Positions 9,375 to 18,048 of a stretch of 55,578 nt of DNA are shown here, piece after piece. Where the stretch lies: positions 1 through 55,578 of IMG/VR virus record IMGVR_UViG_3300045120_000280, one strand, 5' to 3'. The stretch's first letter is position 1. Every line of letters begins with the position of its first letter. The position numbers and the translations under genes are program-made. The notes beneath the pieces were generated by a model that did no database searches, was not told the DNA's origin, and worked only from the letters and a program-made list of their open reading frames with translations. The stretch comes from a virus. Its lineage: Duplodnaviria > Caudoviricetes.

Positions 9375-9843
9375 TCATCCTTGCCCGGGCTTCTACCTCC
9401 TCGGGATTCACGGTCACCTGCGCGCCACCAATCAAAATCGCCCCTTCAATCAGGCCGCCTTCCTCCTCCGGCGGGTAAAGAACCTGGTAAACACCCGCAA
9501 CATCACGGACTTTGCGCGCAACCTCCAGTGGATCATGGTGTTTTGCCGCCTTTTCAGAGGCATTTTTCACGTAAGCAGCCAGGTTGCGCTCCGAGGATTC
9601 CCTGTTTGCCGCAATCTCCTTGGCAATCAGCTCCGCCGCGTCGATTGCCCGCTCCGACATCTGCTCCTGCGGATTGAATCCAGTGGCCTTCTTCCACTTG
9701 TACTTCGCAGCAATGCAAAGCATCGTCCCCGCAGGCACTTTCGCCATCCGTGCCGCCCCGCGAGCACCGTAAAGCGTAATCAACGCCTTGAGCGCAGCCA
9801 ACTCCTGCTTCTCAAAAGGCTTGGCGTGCTTCTTTTTCGCCAT
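9325..9843 (-). CDS. Terminase small subunit (putative)
   Basis: N-terminal HTH-like segment (YGARGAARMAKVPAGTM..W) plus helical region, immediately upstream of terL. Confidence 0.65.
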   Translation of the reverse strand: MAKKKHAKPFEKQELAALKALITLYGARGAARMAKVPAGTMLCIAAKYKWKKATGFNPQEQMSERAIDAAELIAKEIAANRESSERNLAAYVKNASEKAAKHHDPLEVARKVRDVAGVYQVLYPPEEEGGLIEGAILIGGAQVTVNPEEVEARARMIDDVRTELPDARPEGD

Positions 9844-9907
9844 TAGTCAAAGTCTCTACCCCAGACTTTGAACAATGACAAGCTCCTTAAATGCGTTTAA
9901 GACGCTA

Positions 9908-10190
9908 CCCCGGGGTTAAAACTAGACAGAAGATGGCGTCCCAGCCGTCCCAACTCGACAGAAACTCGACTGAATCGGGAGAAACTAGACAGAAAGTGGG
10001 CTTTTGGGACTTTTGGGGGACAACATTTACCCCGGGCTTGCATGGTACGCATGGTCAGCATGGTGTTTTGAACACAGGGTGGAAATTCTTAAAGCTCCTC
10101 CTCGCGCGCGTTAAGTACCTTCCCCGGGTTCCTGACCTACAGGAAATTTCCTTCAGGTGCGGGCCTTTCTTACAGGTAACCGCCCGGGTT
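9908..10190. repeat. Repeat cluster in the large non-coding region (candidate pac/terminus)
   Basis: AACTMGACWGAA at 9920, 9952, 9963 and 9983; three CATGGT copies at about 10041-10064; four CCCGGG sites. Confidence 0.55.
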
Positions 10191-10468
10191 CTGCATCAAG
10201 TAGAATTTGTCCAGGTAACTAGCCCCCCCTACCCCCCCGCTGGAACAAAAAAGAGATTCCTTGGCGCGGGGGTGCCCGCCTACCACCCTCGGTCATGACC
10301 GGCAGCCATTAAGCATGCTATCCCTCCGCTGCTTGTCGGCTCCGGTGCCGCATTGATGCACACCCTTTGAGCAGTAGGAAGGCCATGACCTAATGAGTAC
10401 GCATCATGACTGATTGCTCTATGATTACGCGTGATGCTGTGTCCCAAGCGTGGCACCGGTACAGCATG

Positions 10469-10502
10469 AAGCCCGAAGGTGTACTTGTGACCCTTCGGGC
10501 TT
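10469..10502. terminator. Stem-loop, probable terminator of the leftward early operon
   Basis: Perfect 11-bp stem AAGCCCGAAGG/CCTTCGGGCTT; U-tract is weak. Confidence 0.55.
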
Positions 10503-10559
10503 ATGACTGAGACTTATTGCTTTTACTCTCGGAGTTTCACGCGCTCAGTTGTGCGTCAT

Positions 10560-10640
10560 CCTCAAGGCTTGTTATCGGTCAGCCTACCCGTTTGCAAATT
10601 CGTGAGCCGTTTAACCGTCGATGCTCAGGACGACCGCTCC
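10560..10640 (-). ncRNA. Two tandem H-type pseudoknots (candidate structured RNA)
   Basis: CGTC-CTGAGCATC-GACG-GTTAAACG-GCTCA and GGT-AGGCTG-ACC-GATAACA-AGCCT. In each, the loop pairs with a downstream 5-mer after an A-rich linker. Confidence 0.5.
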
Positions 10641-10674
10641 ACCGTGCAAGACGAATGGCGCGGCTTGAGCCTTT

Positions 10675-11604
10675 TTATGACTTGCTCGTGTCTCGGTCAA
10701 TGCTTTCGGCGTTCAGTTGATCTTCAGTCTCACAGCTTCCGCGTCTCAGTTCATCGCGCTCATCCAATGCGCTCGCCAATGACGCGCGAAGCGCGGAGAG
10801 TTTGCCAAATTGTTCCTCAATCTGCTTGCGCGCTTCGCGGTATGCTTGCTCCCATTTGTCCACCTTGCGCGCGTATTCCATCGAGCGCGCTTGTGCGTCA
10901 TCGCGTTGGCGTTCGCAAAGGTGCAGTTCATCGGTCATCGCGTTCATTACTTCTTCGGCTTGCTCTTTGTGCTCGCGCTCGGTGGCGACTTCAGCCTTCA
11001 AGCGTTCGACATCGCGCACCAGTGAAGCGACTTCGGCTCTCGCGTTGCGCTTGATCTCGCTGACCGTATCAGTGAAGAACACCGTTATGGCTTCGCGGTC
11101 TTTGCGCTCGCGCTTGGCTGTCTCAGTCCATCGGACTAATTCACTGATTAACGTGCCTTTGTCCAACATCTCCAGCTTGGCGCGCTCAATGTCGCGCTTG
11201 TGCTCTTTGTTGCGCTCGTTCGTGGCTTCCAATTCCGCGCTGAGTCGCTCCCGCTCTTTGGTCAACCGCTCAATCTCAATTTCAAGCGGTGCGGGTTCCG
11301 GATTAAATTCCGGCGTCCTTGGCCCGTTGTAATTGCGAACCTTGGCAACCGTCTTTCCATCCTCAATGGCGTCAATGCCTTCGGGCGAACCGTGAAGGAT
11401 TGCATCCGGCCAAGTTTCGCGCACGAAGGTGATGGCATCGGTCAAGCTGTCCTCTACGATGCTGTCCCGCGTTGCGTCTCCCGCTTCATGTCCCCATGAG
11501 CAGTCTTTAGTCACCCAAAAGGTGACGCTGTATTTTGTGCTGTATTTTGGTTTTGTATTCATCATTCGCCCCACCGCTTTCCAGTGAGGCGCGGTGATGA
11601 ACAC
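10675..11604 (-). CDS. Coiled-coil protein (start may be ATG 11565 or 11562)
   Basis: Small globular N-terminal domain followed by about 200 aa of heptad-rich E/R/K/A/L sequence. Confidence 0.8.
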   Translation of the reverse strand: MFITAPHWKAVGRMMNTKPKYSTKYSVTFWVTKDCSWGHEAGDATRDSIVEDSLTDAITFVRETWPDAILHGSPEGIDAIEDGKTVAKVRNYNGPRTPEFNPEPAPLEIEIERLTKERERLSAELEATNERNKEHKRDIERAKLEMLDKGTLISELVRWTETAKRERKDREAITVFFTDTVSEIKRNARAEVASLVRDVERLKAEVATEREHKEQAEEVMNAMTDELHLCERQRDDAQARSMEYARKVDKWEQAYREARKQIEEQFGKLSALRASLASALDERDELRRGSCETEDQLNAESIDRDTSKS

Positions 11605-11607
11605 CGT

Positions 11608-13062
11608 CTAAATATCCGCTACGGCGCGATTGACTTCTCTCTCTCGCCGCCGCTCGGCGCGCTCCGCAATCGCATTGGCGCGCTCTTTGCGATACTTCGC
11701 CGCCTCGGCATCGCCAAGGTTGCCTTTGCCCCCGAATGCCTCGTAGGCTGCATCGAGTGAGCGGTAGACGGTCAATTCGCCGCGAGCAACCGCGCGCTCA
11801 ACAAGAGCATGAGCAACGATTTCACTTCCAAGCACTCCGCCGCAAAATTCCAAGTCACTGACCAGAACCCATGGCTTCGGATGCTTCATCAGCCATTTAA
11901 CAGCCGGAAGGTCAACCGCGTTTCCGCCCATCAGCGTGTCTACGGGCAATTCGCCATTGTAGCGTTTACCCTCAACCGCATAACGGGTTAGCGTCCCGTG
12001 TCCATCGCGGTTTCCGCCGCTGTAATAGGCAACCGTCGCAGTCGGTACCAAAGCGCAAAGCGCGCTCAGGTTTTCTTTGCTCGCACCCATCGAGCCGGAA
12101 GCGTCAATGACGACGCATCCCCCCGCTTTGGCGCGTACTCGCCGCTGAAACAAGCCATTGGCATCGCCGCAAATTACGGCATTCAAGAACCGCGTTGGGT
12201 TGATGATGACACCGTTAGGCGCATGTTTCCGCGTGATGGATTTTTCCTTGTCACAAGGAACCGTCTTTGGACGCAAGTCCCGAATTGCCATATGACCGTC
12301 GATAGCGTCTCCGCTATTGACCGGTGCCATGATGTCGCCTTCAGGCACTTCCGGCGTTTCCTCGCGCTCAGTTTCCGGACTCTCCGGAGTTTCCATCAGC
12401 GCAACAAGCACCGAAATGGCGCGCGCACGTTGACGGGAGTTTTTCGCAAGTTTGATGACGGTTGCAACCGCGCCAAAGGTTTTGTCCCCCACCGCGTTTT
12501 TCACCGCCAAGTATCCGCGCTCCCGCACGAATGCCTCTTTGCCGCCTTGCCCGTAACTGTGCAACATTGCCGTTGTCCGGACTGCGTTCAGAAGCTGACC
12601 GTTGCGAAGCGCGATAGAATCCGGCGCGGTCTTATTGTCAACCGCGCGCTTGTTTTTCTTAAGCGTCCGGACTCCATCCATGGCAACCGCCAAGTGTGCG
12701 CGCTTGTAGCCAATCAGGCTTTCAAGTTTCGGGAGCGGTGTGCATTCGATGTTTACGTCGTCCACGATCTGTGAAGCAATCGCTTCGTTTTCGGTCATTG
12801 GCTTCCGCCGCTTGACCGTGTGCCGCGTTGCGTGGCGCGTCTCATGGCCGCGAATTGTGATGCCCTTGGCATCATCAGCCGCTGGCGCACCGATTTTGAT
12901 GACGTTGCCACCGTTGGCGCGGTCGTACTCGGTAAAGCCGCCAATTTGCGCGCCTTTTAATTGCGCGTTGTCAGCAAGCACGATCTTTGCCCGTTTCAGT
13001 TTCCCTTTGGGGACGCTGGCTCGGATTGCATCGCGTACTGTTTTTCGATTAGGTTTTCTCAT
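11608..13062 (-). CDS. vWA (MIDAS) domain protein, CobT-like partner of the MoxR ATPase
   Basis: MIDAS VIDASGSM and VLVSD; N-terminal HExxH-like GHETRH; lies in the same operon as the AAA ATPase. Confidence 0.8.
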   Translation of the reverse strand: MRKPNRKTVRDAIRASVPKGKLKRAKIVLADNAQLKGAQIGGFTEYDRANGGNVIKIGAPAADDAKGITIRGHETRHATRHTVKRRKPMTENEAIASQIVDDVNIECTPLPKLESLIGYKRAHLAVAMDGVRTLKKNKRAVDNKTAPDSIALRNGQLLNAVRTTAMLHSYGQGGKEAFVRERGYLAVKNAVGDKTFGAVATVIKLAKNSRQRARAISVLVALMETPESPETEREETPEVPEGDIMAPVNSGDAIDGHMAIRDLRPKTVPCDKEKSITRKHAPNGVIINPTRFLNAVICGDANGLFQRRVRAKAGGCVVIDASGSMGASKENLSALCALVPTATVAYYSGGNRDGHGTLTRYAVEGKRYNGELPVDTLMGGNAVDLPAVKWLMKHPKPWVLVSDLEFCGGVLGSEIVAHALVERAVARGELTVYRSLDAAYEAFGGKGNLGDAEAAKYRKERANAIAERAERRREREVNRAVADI

Positions 13063-13065
13063 AAT

Positions 13066-13257
13066 TTAGCTTTTCTCCGCTTCCGAAAGCATCGCTTCCA
13101 GTTTTCCAATTTCCTCTTGCCAGTAGATGTCCCGCGTGAAGTGAAATTCCTGCTCGCATTGTGCGATTTGGCGTTTCAGTCCCGCGATCACGTTTTCCTT
13201 TTCAGCTTGACCGCTGGCATGTCGCCAAGCCTCGTTGATGTATTGCTTCGTACTCAT
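13066..13257 (-). CDS. Hypothetical protein (63 aa, MSTKQY...)
   Basis: ATG 13257, tightly packed between the AAA and vWA genes. Confidence 0.7.
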   Translation of the reverse strand: MSTKQYINEAWRHASGQAEKENVIAGLKRQIAQCEQEFHFTRDIYWQEEIGKLEAMLSEAEKS

Positions 13258-13259
13258 AA

Positions 13260-14012
13260 TTAGGCTTTCAGTTGATTGCGCGCCGCGTCCACCATGGACA
13301 TCAGCACCGTTTTTCCCTGACCCTCGCCAAAGACCAATTCTGCGGCCAATTCCTGCGAGATTCCTTCCGCTTTCAGTTGCTCGAAAGAGAGCATCCGGCG
13401 CGGTGTAATCGTGGGAACCCACTCGTCAGTTTGTGGCTCGTTAGCCATTTTGTTCAGAATGAATGCCGCAGACTCCGGCGACAGCCGCCGAAGGATTCCG
13501 GCGTGTGGCGTGTCGCATCGCAGAACGATGTCGAACCGATCCAGCACCGCTTCCGCGAGTTGATCCGGCGAACCGTTCATTGTGGCAATTACGCGGTAGC
13601 CTTCGCTCGGTGTGACGGTTTCGCCATTGTCGAGGTTCAGCTTGCAGATTGCCGCATCATCCAACACACTCTGCAAAGGTGCGTCTAATTCGCCCCCCGC
13701 TTTGTGAATTTCATCCAGCACTAACGGGCAACCTTTGATCGCCGCCCTAGTGGCGCATGCGTTACTCCAATGCGTCGAACCGTCTCTCAGCAAAAATTTG
13801 CCAAAGAGAGCATCCGCGAATTGGGATTGATTTAATGTCACTCGCTCGTACTCCGGAGAGAAAGAGCAAGCCGCCGTAGTTTTGCCGGTGCCGGGTTTAC
13901 CGAACAACAGCCAACGTCGAGGCGGATTCCGAAGCGCGCTCAGTATTTCGAGCACCTTCGGCCAATCAGTAATGGCAACCTTTTCGGTGCCAATAAGTTT
14001 TGATGTGTTCAT
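13260..14012 (-). CDS. MoxR/CbbQ/CobS-like AAA+ ATPase
   Basis: Walker A GKPGTGKT, Walker B LVLDE, sensor-1 ATMN, arginine finger AVLDRF. Confidence 0.9.
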   Translation of the reverse strand: MNTSKLIGTEKVAITDWPKVLEILSALRNPPRRWLLFGKPGTGKTTAACSFSPEYERVTLNQSQFADALFGKFLLRDGSTHWSNACATRAAIKGCPLVLDEIHKAGGELDAPLQSVLDDAAICKLNLDNGETVTPSEGYRVIATMNGSPDQLAEAVLDRFDIVLRCDTPHAGILRRLSPESAAFILNKMANEPQTDEWVPTITPRRMLSFEQLKAEGISQELAAELVFGEGQGKTVLMSMVDAARNQLKA

Positions 14013-14021
14013 CGTTGACCT

Positions 14022-14050
14022 ATTGTAATGCCATACGGGTTGGGATGCAA
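14022..14050 (-). promoter_or_regulatory. Leftward early promoter
   Basis: TTGCAT-17-TACAAT, 9 nt upstream of the AAA ATG. Confidence 0.7.
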
Positions 14051-14149
14051 GTGGAAAGTTTAATTTATTTTTGCCTCGGTTGTTCTAGTACCTCTCCCCC
14101 CTCTATAGTCTCCCCCCAAGGTTCGATTTATTCCTTTTTCAAGAACGGG

Positions 14150-14178
14150 TTGGCATCATTCCTGCTCCAATGTATAGT
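14150..14178 (+). promoter_or_regulatory. Rightward early promoter
   Basis: TTGGCA-17-TATAGT, 8 nt upstream of ATG 14187. Confidence 0.65.
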
Positions 14179-14186
14179 GAGACATC

Positions 14187-14378
14187 ATGAAACACACACC
14201 AAAAAGTAACAGCGACAAAACGCGCACGGTTTCGGAGCACTTCGCGGAGCTGGGCCGCCGGTCGGGAGCTGCCCGCCGCGCCCGCCGCGCCTCGCCCCCA
14301 CCCCGCGCGGGCCGAAACGTACTAGCACAATCCGAGCCTGAAATTGACAGGAGTCCCTTAACATGCGAACCTGTTTAG
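14187..14378 (+). CDS. Small basic protein with KGG-like motif (AELGRRSG)
   Basis: First ORF after the promoter; Arg-rich. Confidence 0.6.
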   Translation: MKHTPKSNSDKTRTVSEHFAELGRRSGAARRARRASPPPRAGRNVLAQSEPEIDRSPLTCEPV

Positions 14379-14382
14379 CATT

Positions 14383-14550
14383 ATGAATACGACCCCATCA
14401 GTCAAAGACTATTTAAGGAAGATCGGGAGCAAAGGCGGGAAGAAATCCGCACAGCACCCCAACCGTCCACAATTAAACAAAGAGGCCGCCATTGCACGAT
14501 GGCGCAAGCATATACCCACACCGAAAGCCATTGAAAGCACTCCGAAATAA
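14383..14550 (+). CDS. Small basic protein with KGG-like motif (55 aa, MNTTPSVKDYLRKIGSKGGKKSA...AAIARW)
   Basis: Translated by hand; below the ORF-track length cutoff. Confidence 0.7.
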   Translation: MNTTPSVKDYLRKIGSKGGKKSAQHPNRPQLNKEAAIARWRKHIPTPKAIESTPK

Positions 14551-14564
14551 AATTACAATAACAC

Positions 14565-14592
14565 TTGCCAAGCTGCTAGGCATGGCTATAGT
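14565..14592 (+). promoter_or_regulatory. Early promoter
   Basis: TTGCCA-16-TATAGT, 8 nt before ATG 14601. Confidence 0.6.
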
Positions 14593-14600
14593 CCTAGCAT

Positions 14601-14810
14601 ATGAAATCAACACCGATCAAAGCAGGAGCACGACCACAATCATGCGTCTTGTGCGCTGCACTATTCACTGGGTACGGCAATAACCCCGCGCCATTGGCGC
14701 AAGCGGGCCGTTGCTGCGACACCTGCAATTCAACAAAGGTCATTCCCTACCGGATGGCTCCCCTCATGATGGAAATCATGATGGACAGACTGCCGAGGAA
14801 TAACCAATGA
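14601..14810 (+). CDS. Small Zn-binding phage protein
   Basis: CVLC..GYGNNPAPL..RCCDTCN motif. Confidence 0.75.
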   Translation: MKSTPIKAGARPQSCVLCAALFTGYGNNPAPLAQAGRCCDTCNSTKVIPYRMAPLMMEIMMDRLPRNNQ

Positions 14811-14977
14811 AGGCTCAGGAATCAGTCGCAGACTTCAAGCAGCGCATCGCCATTATGATGCGGGAGAGGGAGACAGGAAAGAAGTACTCCATCATTGGAG
14901 CAGCACGACCACCGGAATGGTGCCGAAAGAAAGACTTGACTACTCCCAAGCCGGATGGTATTATACAGCATGACTAA
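14807..14977 (+). CDS. Hypothetical protein (56 aa, MKAQESVADF...)
   Basis: ATGA-coupled to the upstream gene; translated by hand. Confidence 0.5.
   Translation: MKAQESVADFKQRIAIMMRERETGKKYSIIGAARPPEWCRKKDLTTPKPDGIIQHD
14936..14964 (+). promoter_or_regulatory. Early promoter
   Basis: TTGACT-17-TATTAT, 5 nt before ATG 14970. Confidence 0.7.
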
Positions 14978-15221
14978 GAAACACTTTATCGAATTGGCCA
15001 ACACCATTCGTGACGAGAACGCGCACCGAGAATCAGCGGGACTTCCGCTGATGTTCGACAAGGCCGCTCAGATCGCGCTGGCTGATTTTTGCATCCAGCA
15101 GAACCCACAGTTTCGCAGAGGCCGCTGGCTCGATTACATCGAAGGCAGATGCGGCCCGAACGGTGGGGAGATTAAGACCACCGCAACAGCACCAACAGAC
15201 CCCTCGGACTCACTATTATGA
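14970..15221 (+). CDS. Hypothetical phage protein (MTKKHFIELA...)
   Basis: Follows a promoter; MTKKHF..A....NPxF..W motif typical of small early phage proteins. Confidence 0.75.
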   Translation: MTKKHFIELANTIRDENAHRESAGLPLMFDKAAQIALADFCIQQNPQFRRGRWLDYIEGRCGPNGGEIKTTATAPTDPSDSLL

Positions 15222-15901
15222 ACACACTAACATCGAACAGAATCTTACAGAAGGGGGACGAGTACCGGAAGAACGGAACATGGATGCCTGTGCCAAAGGA
15301 TGACTTTGGCTTGCAGATCATGTTTACCAAGTACGCCGAAGTGCGTCGTCCCTCAGAGGAATCAAAACCAATCTCGCCGGACAGTGAAAGGCCCGAAGCT
15401 GCAAAGCCTAGCGCAACGGTAACTGCAAAGGCAGAGAAGGTGAACGTCCCTGTCCCTACACCTTCGGGGACAGGGACAACCCCTGCCGAGGAAGCACCAA
15501 TGACAGGTACTGCCACAGGCAGCAGCGCAGAGTACTTGCCCACCGTGGTAAGTAAAAAGGCGCACACTAAGGAAATGACCCCTACTGAGTACCTGCAAAC
15601 CTTGGTGAAAACGAAGGCCGCAGACCCGAAACCCGTTGTGCTTGCTGGCACGACTGAAACACGCGCCAACATCACTTGGCCCATGCACTCAAAGGCTATG
15701 CCCGCATGCAGATGGATTGGCCGCAATGGCACGTTCCGTTGCCGTGGAGTCAACCTTGAATTACGCAAAGACGTAGCAGGAAATGGCATCATCGCCGTTC
15801 TGCCAGTGGGAGCGCGCGGCGAAGCCAAGAACGCGGAGATTGAGTTTCCGGCGGCTGCCATTCCTCAGGTCATTAACTTTCTAAACAAGCACAAACCATG
15901 A
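15218..15901 (+). CDS. Hypothetical protein (227 aa) with a disordered linker
   Basis: ATGA-coupled at both ends. Confidence 0.75.
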   Translation: MNTLTSNRILQKGDEYRKNGTWMPVPKDDFGLQIMFTKYAEVRRPSEESKPISPDSERPEAAKPSATVTAKAEKVNVPVPTPSGTGTTPAEEAPMTGTATGSSAEYLPTVVSKKAHTKEMTPTEYLQTLVKTKAADPKPVVLAGTTETRANITWPMHSKAMPACRWIGRNGTFRCRGVNLELRKDVAGNGIIAVLPVGARGEAKNAEIEFPAAAIPQVINFLNKHKP

Positions 15902-16158
15902 TAACAAACACCGAAGAATTACTACTGGACGCAACCAACCAGATCACAAGGCTCAACGCCGAGCTGGCTGAAATGCGTAAGATCAATAAGCAGCAAATGG
16001 CGTTCTTTCAGGACGCGGCTGCATTCATCAGGGGAGAATGGGGCAATGATGTTGTCCTCTCCACCCTGATTCACGACATCAACGGCCTTGCCGAAGATCA
16101 ACCCTGCTTCCAACCCCGGGTATCCGGGTATGCAAAGCGGGAGCGGGAGACATCATGA
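15898..16158 (+). CDS. Hypothetical protein (86 aa)
   Basis: ATGA-coupled. Confidence 0.7.
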   Translation: MITNTEELLLDATNQITRLNAELAEMRKINKQQMAFFQDAAAFIRGEWGNDVVLSTLIHDINGLAEDQPCFQPRVSGYAKRERETS

Positions 16159-16508
16159 GCGACGAGCACGGAGTGGAAACCATCGAAGAAAGTGGTGGCG
16201 GGGAAAGTTACATGAACCTTTACGACGTAGCCAAGAAAGTCTGCCATGACTCCGGACTTCCCTACACTGACCCCCGCACCGGAGAGACTACCATCCCGAG
16301 TACTAGCACAGTCCGACACAAGAATATGTTTAACATACTAACAACACAGGAAAACCAAGCTGTGCGTAGCGCAATCCGTGGGTCAATCGACCTTTATACT
16401 CGCTACGTCACCCTGAGGCCGGAAGATGCCGGAATGGCACGGAAGCAGGGACAGAAACGCCGACAACTGACATTGCTTAAGTCAGCAATGCTCAAACTGA
16501 AAGACTAA
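16155..16508 (+). CDS. Hypothetical protein (117 aa)
   Basis: ATGA-coupled. Confidence 0.65.
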   Translation: MSDEHGVETIEESGGGESYMNLYDVAKKVCHDSGLPYTDPRTGETTIPSTSTVRHKNMFNILTTQENQAVRSAIRGSIDLYTRYVTLRPEDAGMARKQGQKRRQLTLLKSAMLKLKD

Positions 16509-16511
16509 CCT

Positions 16512-16937
16512 ATGAACGAACACGAAACCAACGGCTTCATCCCCAATGATGATGCTGCAACAGAGACGGTAAACCCGTTTTTCTGCCCCAAGTGCGACAA
16601 GTCATTCAAGAACGCAGTCGCGCTCAGGATGCACGACATTCGCAAACACCAGAACAGGGGATGGAGCACCACGCAGAATTTCGGCAAGAGGCAAAGCCGA
16701 GAACAGGTGCTCGCCAAAAAGCGGGAGTACAACCGCAAGTGGCGGCTAAAGCATGGCATGAAAGTCAGGCCCGCATCGCTCATGCAACCCCAACGTAAAA
16801 GGCTGCAAACCCTTAAACGCAAAGCCTTGGCTCCCATTCCGGCCCCGCCTACCCCGGGGTTGGTTACATACTGCCCTCGCTGCGGTTGCAACATCAAGGT
16901 CGTATCAGCGGCCATTGCCTTCGGAGACAAGCAATGA
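16512..16937 (+). CDS. C2H2 zinc-finger protein
   Basis: FFCPKCDKSFKNAVALRMHDIRKH matches the C2H2 consensus; basic segment; C-terminal CPRCGC. Confidence 0.8.
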   Translation: MNEHETNGFIPNDDAATETVNPFFCPKCDKSFKNAVALRMHDIRKHQNRGWSTTQNFGKRQSREQVLAKKREYNRKWRLKHGMKVRPASLMQPQRKRLQTLKRKALAPIPAPPTPGLVTYCPRCGCNIKVVSAAIAFGDKQ

Positions 16938-17224
16938 AGAAAACATTCATGGAAGGCAACGTGCAGCAAAAAGCACGAAGGGTGGACTTCTACATCTACA
17001 AAGAGGATTTCGAGGCAGCCCTCATGGGGTCACTCGGACAATCGGCTGCGGCCATATCGGCCAAGACCGGACTAACCAAAGGCAAGGTCACCTACCGGCT
17101 CAGAAAGGCCGGTGTGCGCCTTGGAGACTACAGGAGCGGGGAGAGCAGCATTGCCCGACTCGTTCTACGCAACATGCGCCCCACCTTGGAGCGCGAATTA
17201 TACGCACACTTAAAATCACTATGA
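16934..17224 (+). CDS. HTH DNA-binding protein
   Basis: SAAAISAKTGLTKGKVTYRL helix-turn-helix pattern. Confidence 0.7.
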   Translation: MKKTFMEGNVQQKARRVDFYIYKEDFEAALMGSLGQSAAAISAKTGLTKGKVTYRLRKAGVRLGDYRSGESSIARLVLRNMRPTLERELYAHLKSL

Positions 17225-17532
17225 AACCACCAAAAGACTCACTTATGAACCCAACGGCAGGGCCGCGCCCTGCAAAGCTAATCAAAACCACTGGCGAAGT
17301 GCTCGCAGTCCTTCCGGAAAACGGCACCGACTTCAAGCTGGAAGAATTGAACCGCTTTGTGGGCGGCTACATCGAAGTCATTCACCCGCCCCATCAGGAC
17401 GGAAAGATCATGATTATCAACGAGGAAGGGAAGCTGAAAGGTTTGCCCTATAACGCGGCTGCCACAGCAATCTGGACGCATGACGACATTGTGGGCAATG
17501 CCCTGCTATGCGACGACGATCAAGTCAAATGA
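17221..17532 (+). CDS. DUF3846-like protein
   Basis: LEELNRFVGGYIE...INEEGKLKGLPYN..AT...IVGNAL motifs. Confidence 0.75.
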   Translation: MKPPKDSLMNPTAGPRPAKLIKTTGEVLAVLPENGTDFKLEELNRFVGGYIEVIHPPHQDGKIMIINEEGKLKGLPYNAAATAIWTHDDIVGNALLCDDDQVK

Positions 17533-17810
17533 AATGGATTAAGACAGACAACGGCTACCATGCCGTGGTGCCCATCATCACCTACGCGGAACAACCCGAC
17601 GCCAGATACGAGATACACGCGCAGCGGCGTCCAGTTTACTGTGACCGTGGTGACTGGCTGATCTACATGGATGGAGTCAACGACATTGACCACGCTGACG
17701 GTTTCCCTCGCTACTTCATTGGCAGCGACGAGGAAATGAAAGACCAGATGGAGCGGTGGGTGAACCGCCGCGCAGCCTACCGGAAATACCTTCAACGTGA
17801 ACACGCTTAA
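17529..17810 (+). CDS. Hypothetical protein (93 aa)
   Basis: ATGA-coupled. Confidence 0.7.
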   Translation: MKWIKTDNGYHAVVPIITYAEQPDARYEIHAQRRPVYCDRGDWLIYMDGVNDIDHADGFPRYFIGSDEEMKDQMERWVNRRAAYRKYLQREHA

Positions 17811-18018
17811 GACTTCACTCGGATGCCTGTTCATCGCGCTGATGTTGCGAAGCGGATTCATGCTGGCTCAGGGCGAGCTGCCATGGCTGCAATTAAACTG
17901 TCACAATCCGAGCAACAACATGACACTGAAACCCAAGTGGACGGTCATCATCAGCTCGGTCAGGCCGAACGTGAAACAGATCAGAGATAATCGTTGGGAA
18001 ATTGAATTTATCCCTTGA
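17797..18018 (+). CDS. Hypothetical protein with a hydrophobic N-terminus
   Basis: GTG start; fills the operon gap. Confidence 0.5.
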   Translation: MNTLKTSLGCLFIALMLRSGFMLAQGELPWLQLNCHNPSNNMTLKPKWTVIISSVRPNVKQIRDNRWEIEFIP

Positions 18019-18043
18019 CAGATTATCCGAACCCGCTTAGTAT
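18015..18043 (+). promoter_or_regulatory. Promoter
   Basis: TTGACA-17-TAGTAT, 5 nt before ATG 18049. Confidence 0.65.
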
Positions 18044-18048
18044 TCAAC

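Noticed and set aside
9891-10298. 135-aa plus-strand ORF
   Set aside because: Runs through the repeat cluster, has no protein-like features and no coupling to neighbours; more likely non-coding.
10503-10565. Hammerhead-like GAUGA...GAAAC on the minus strand (also near 24312-24330)
   Set aside because: Lacks the CUGANGA core and consistent stems I and III.
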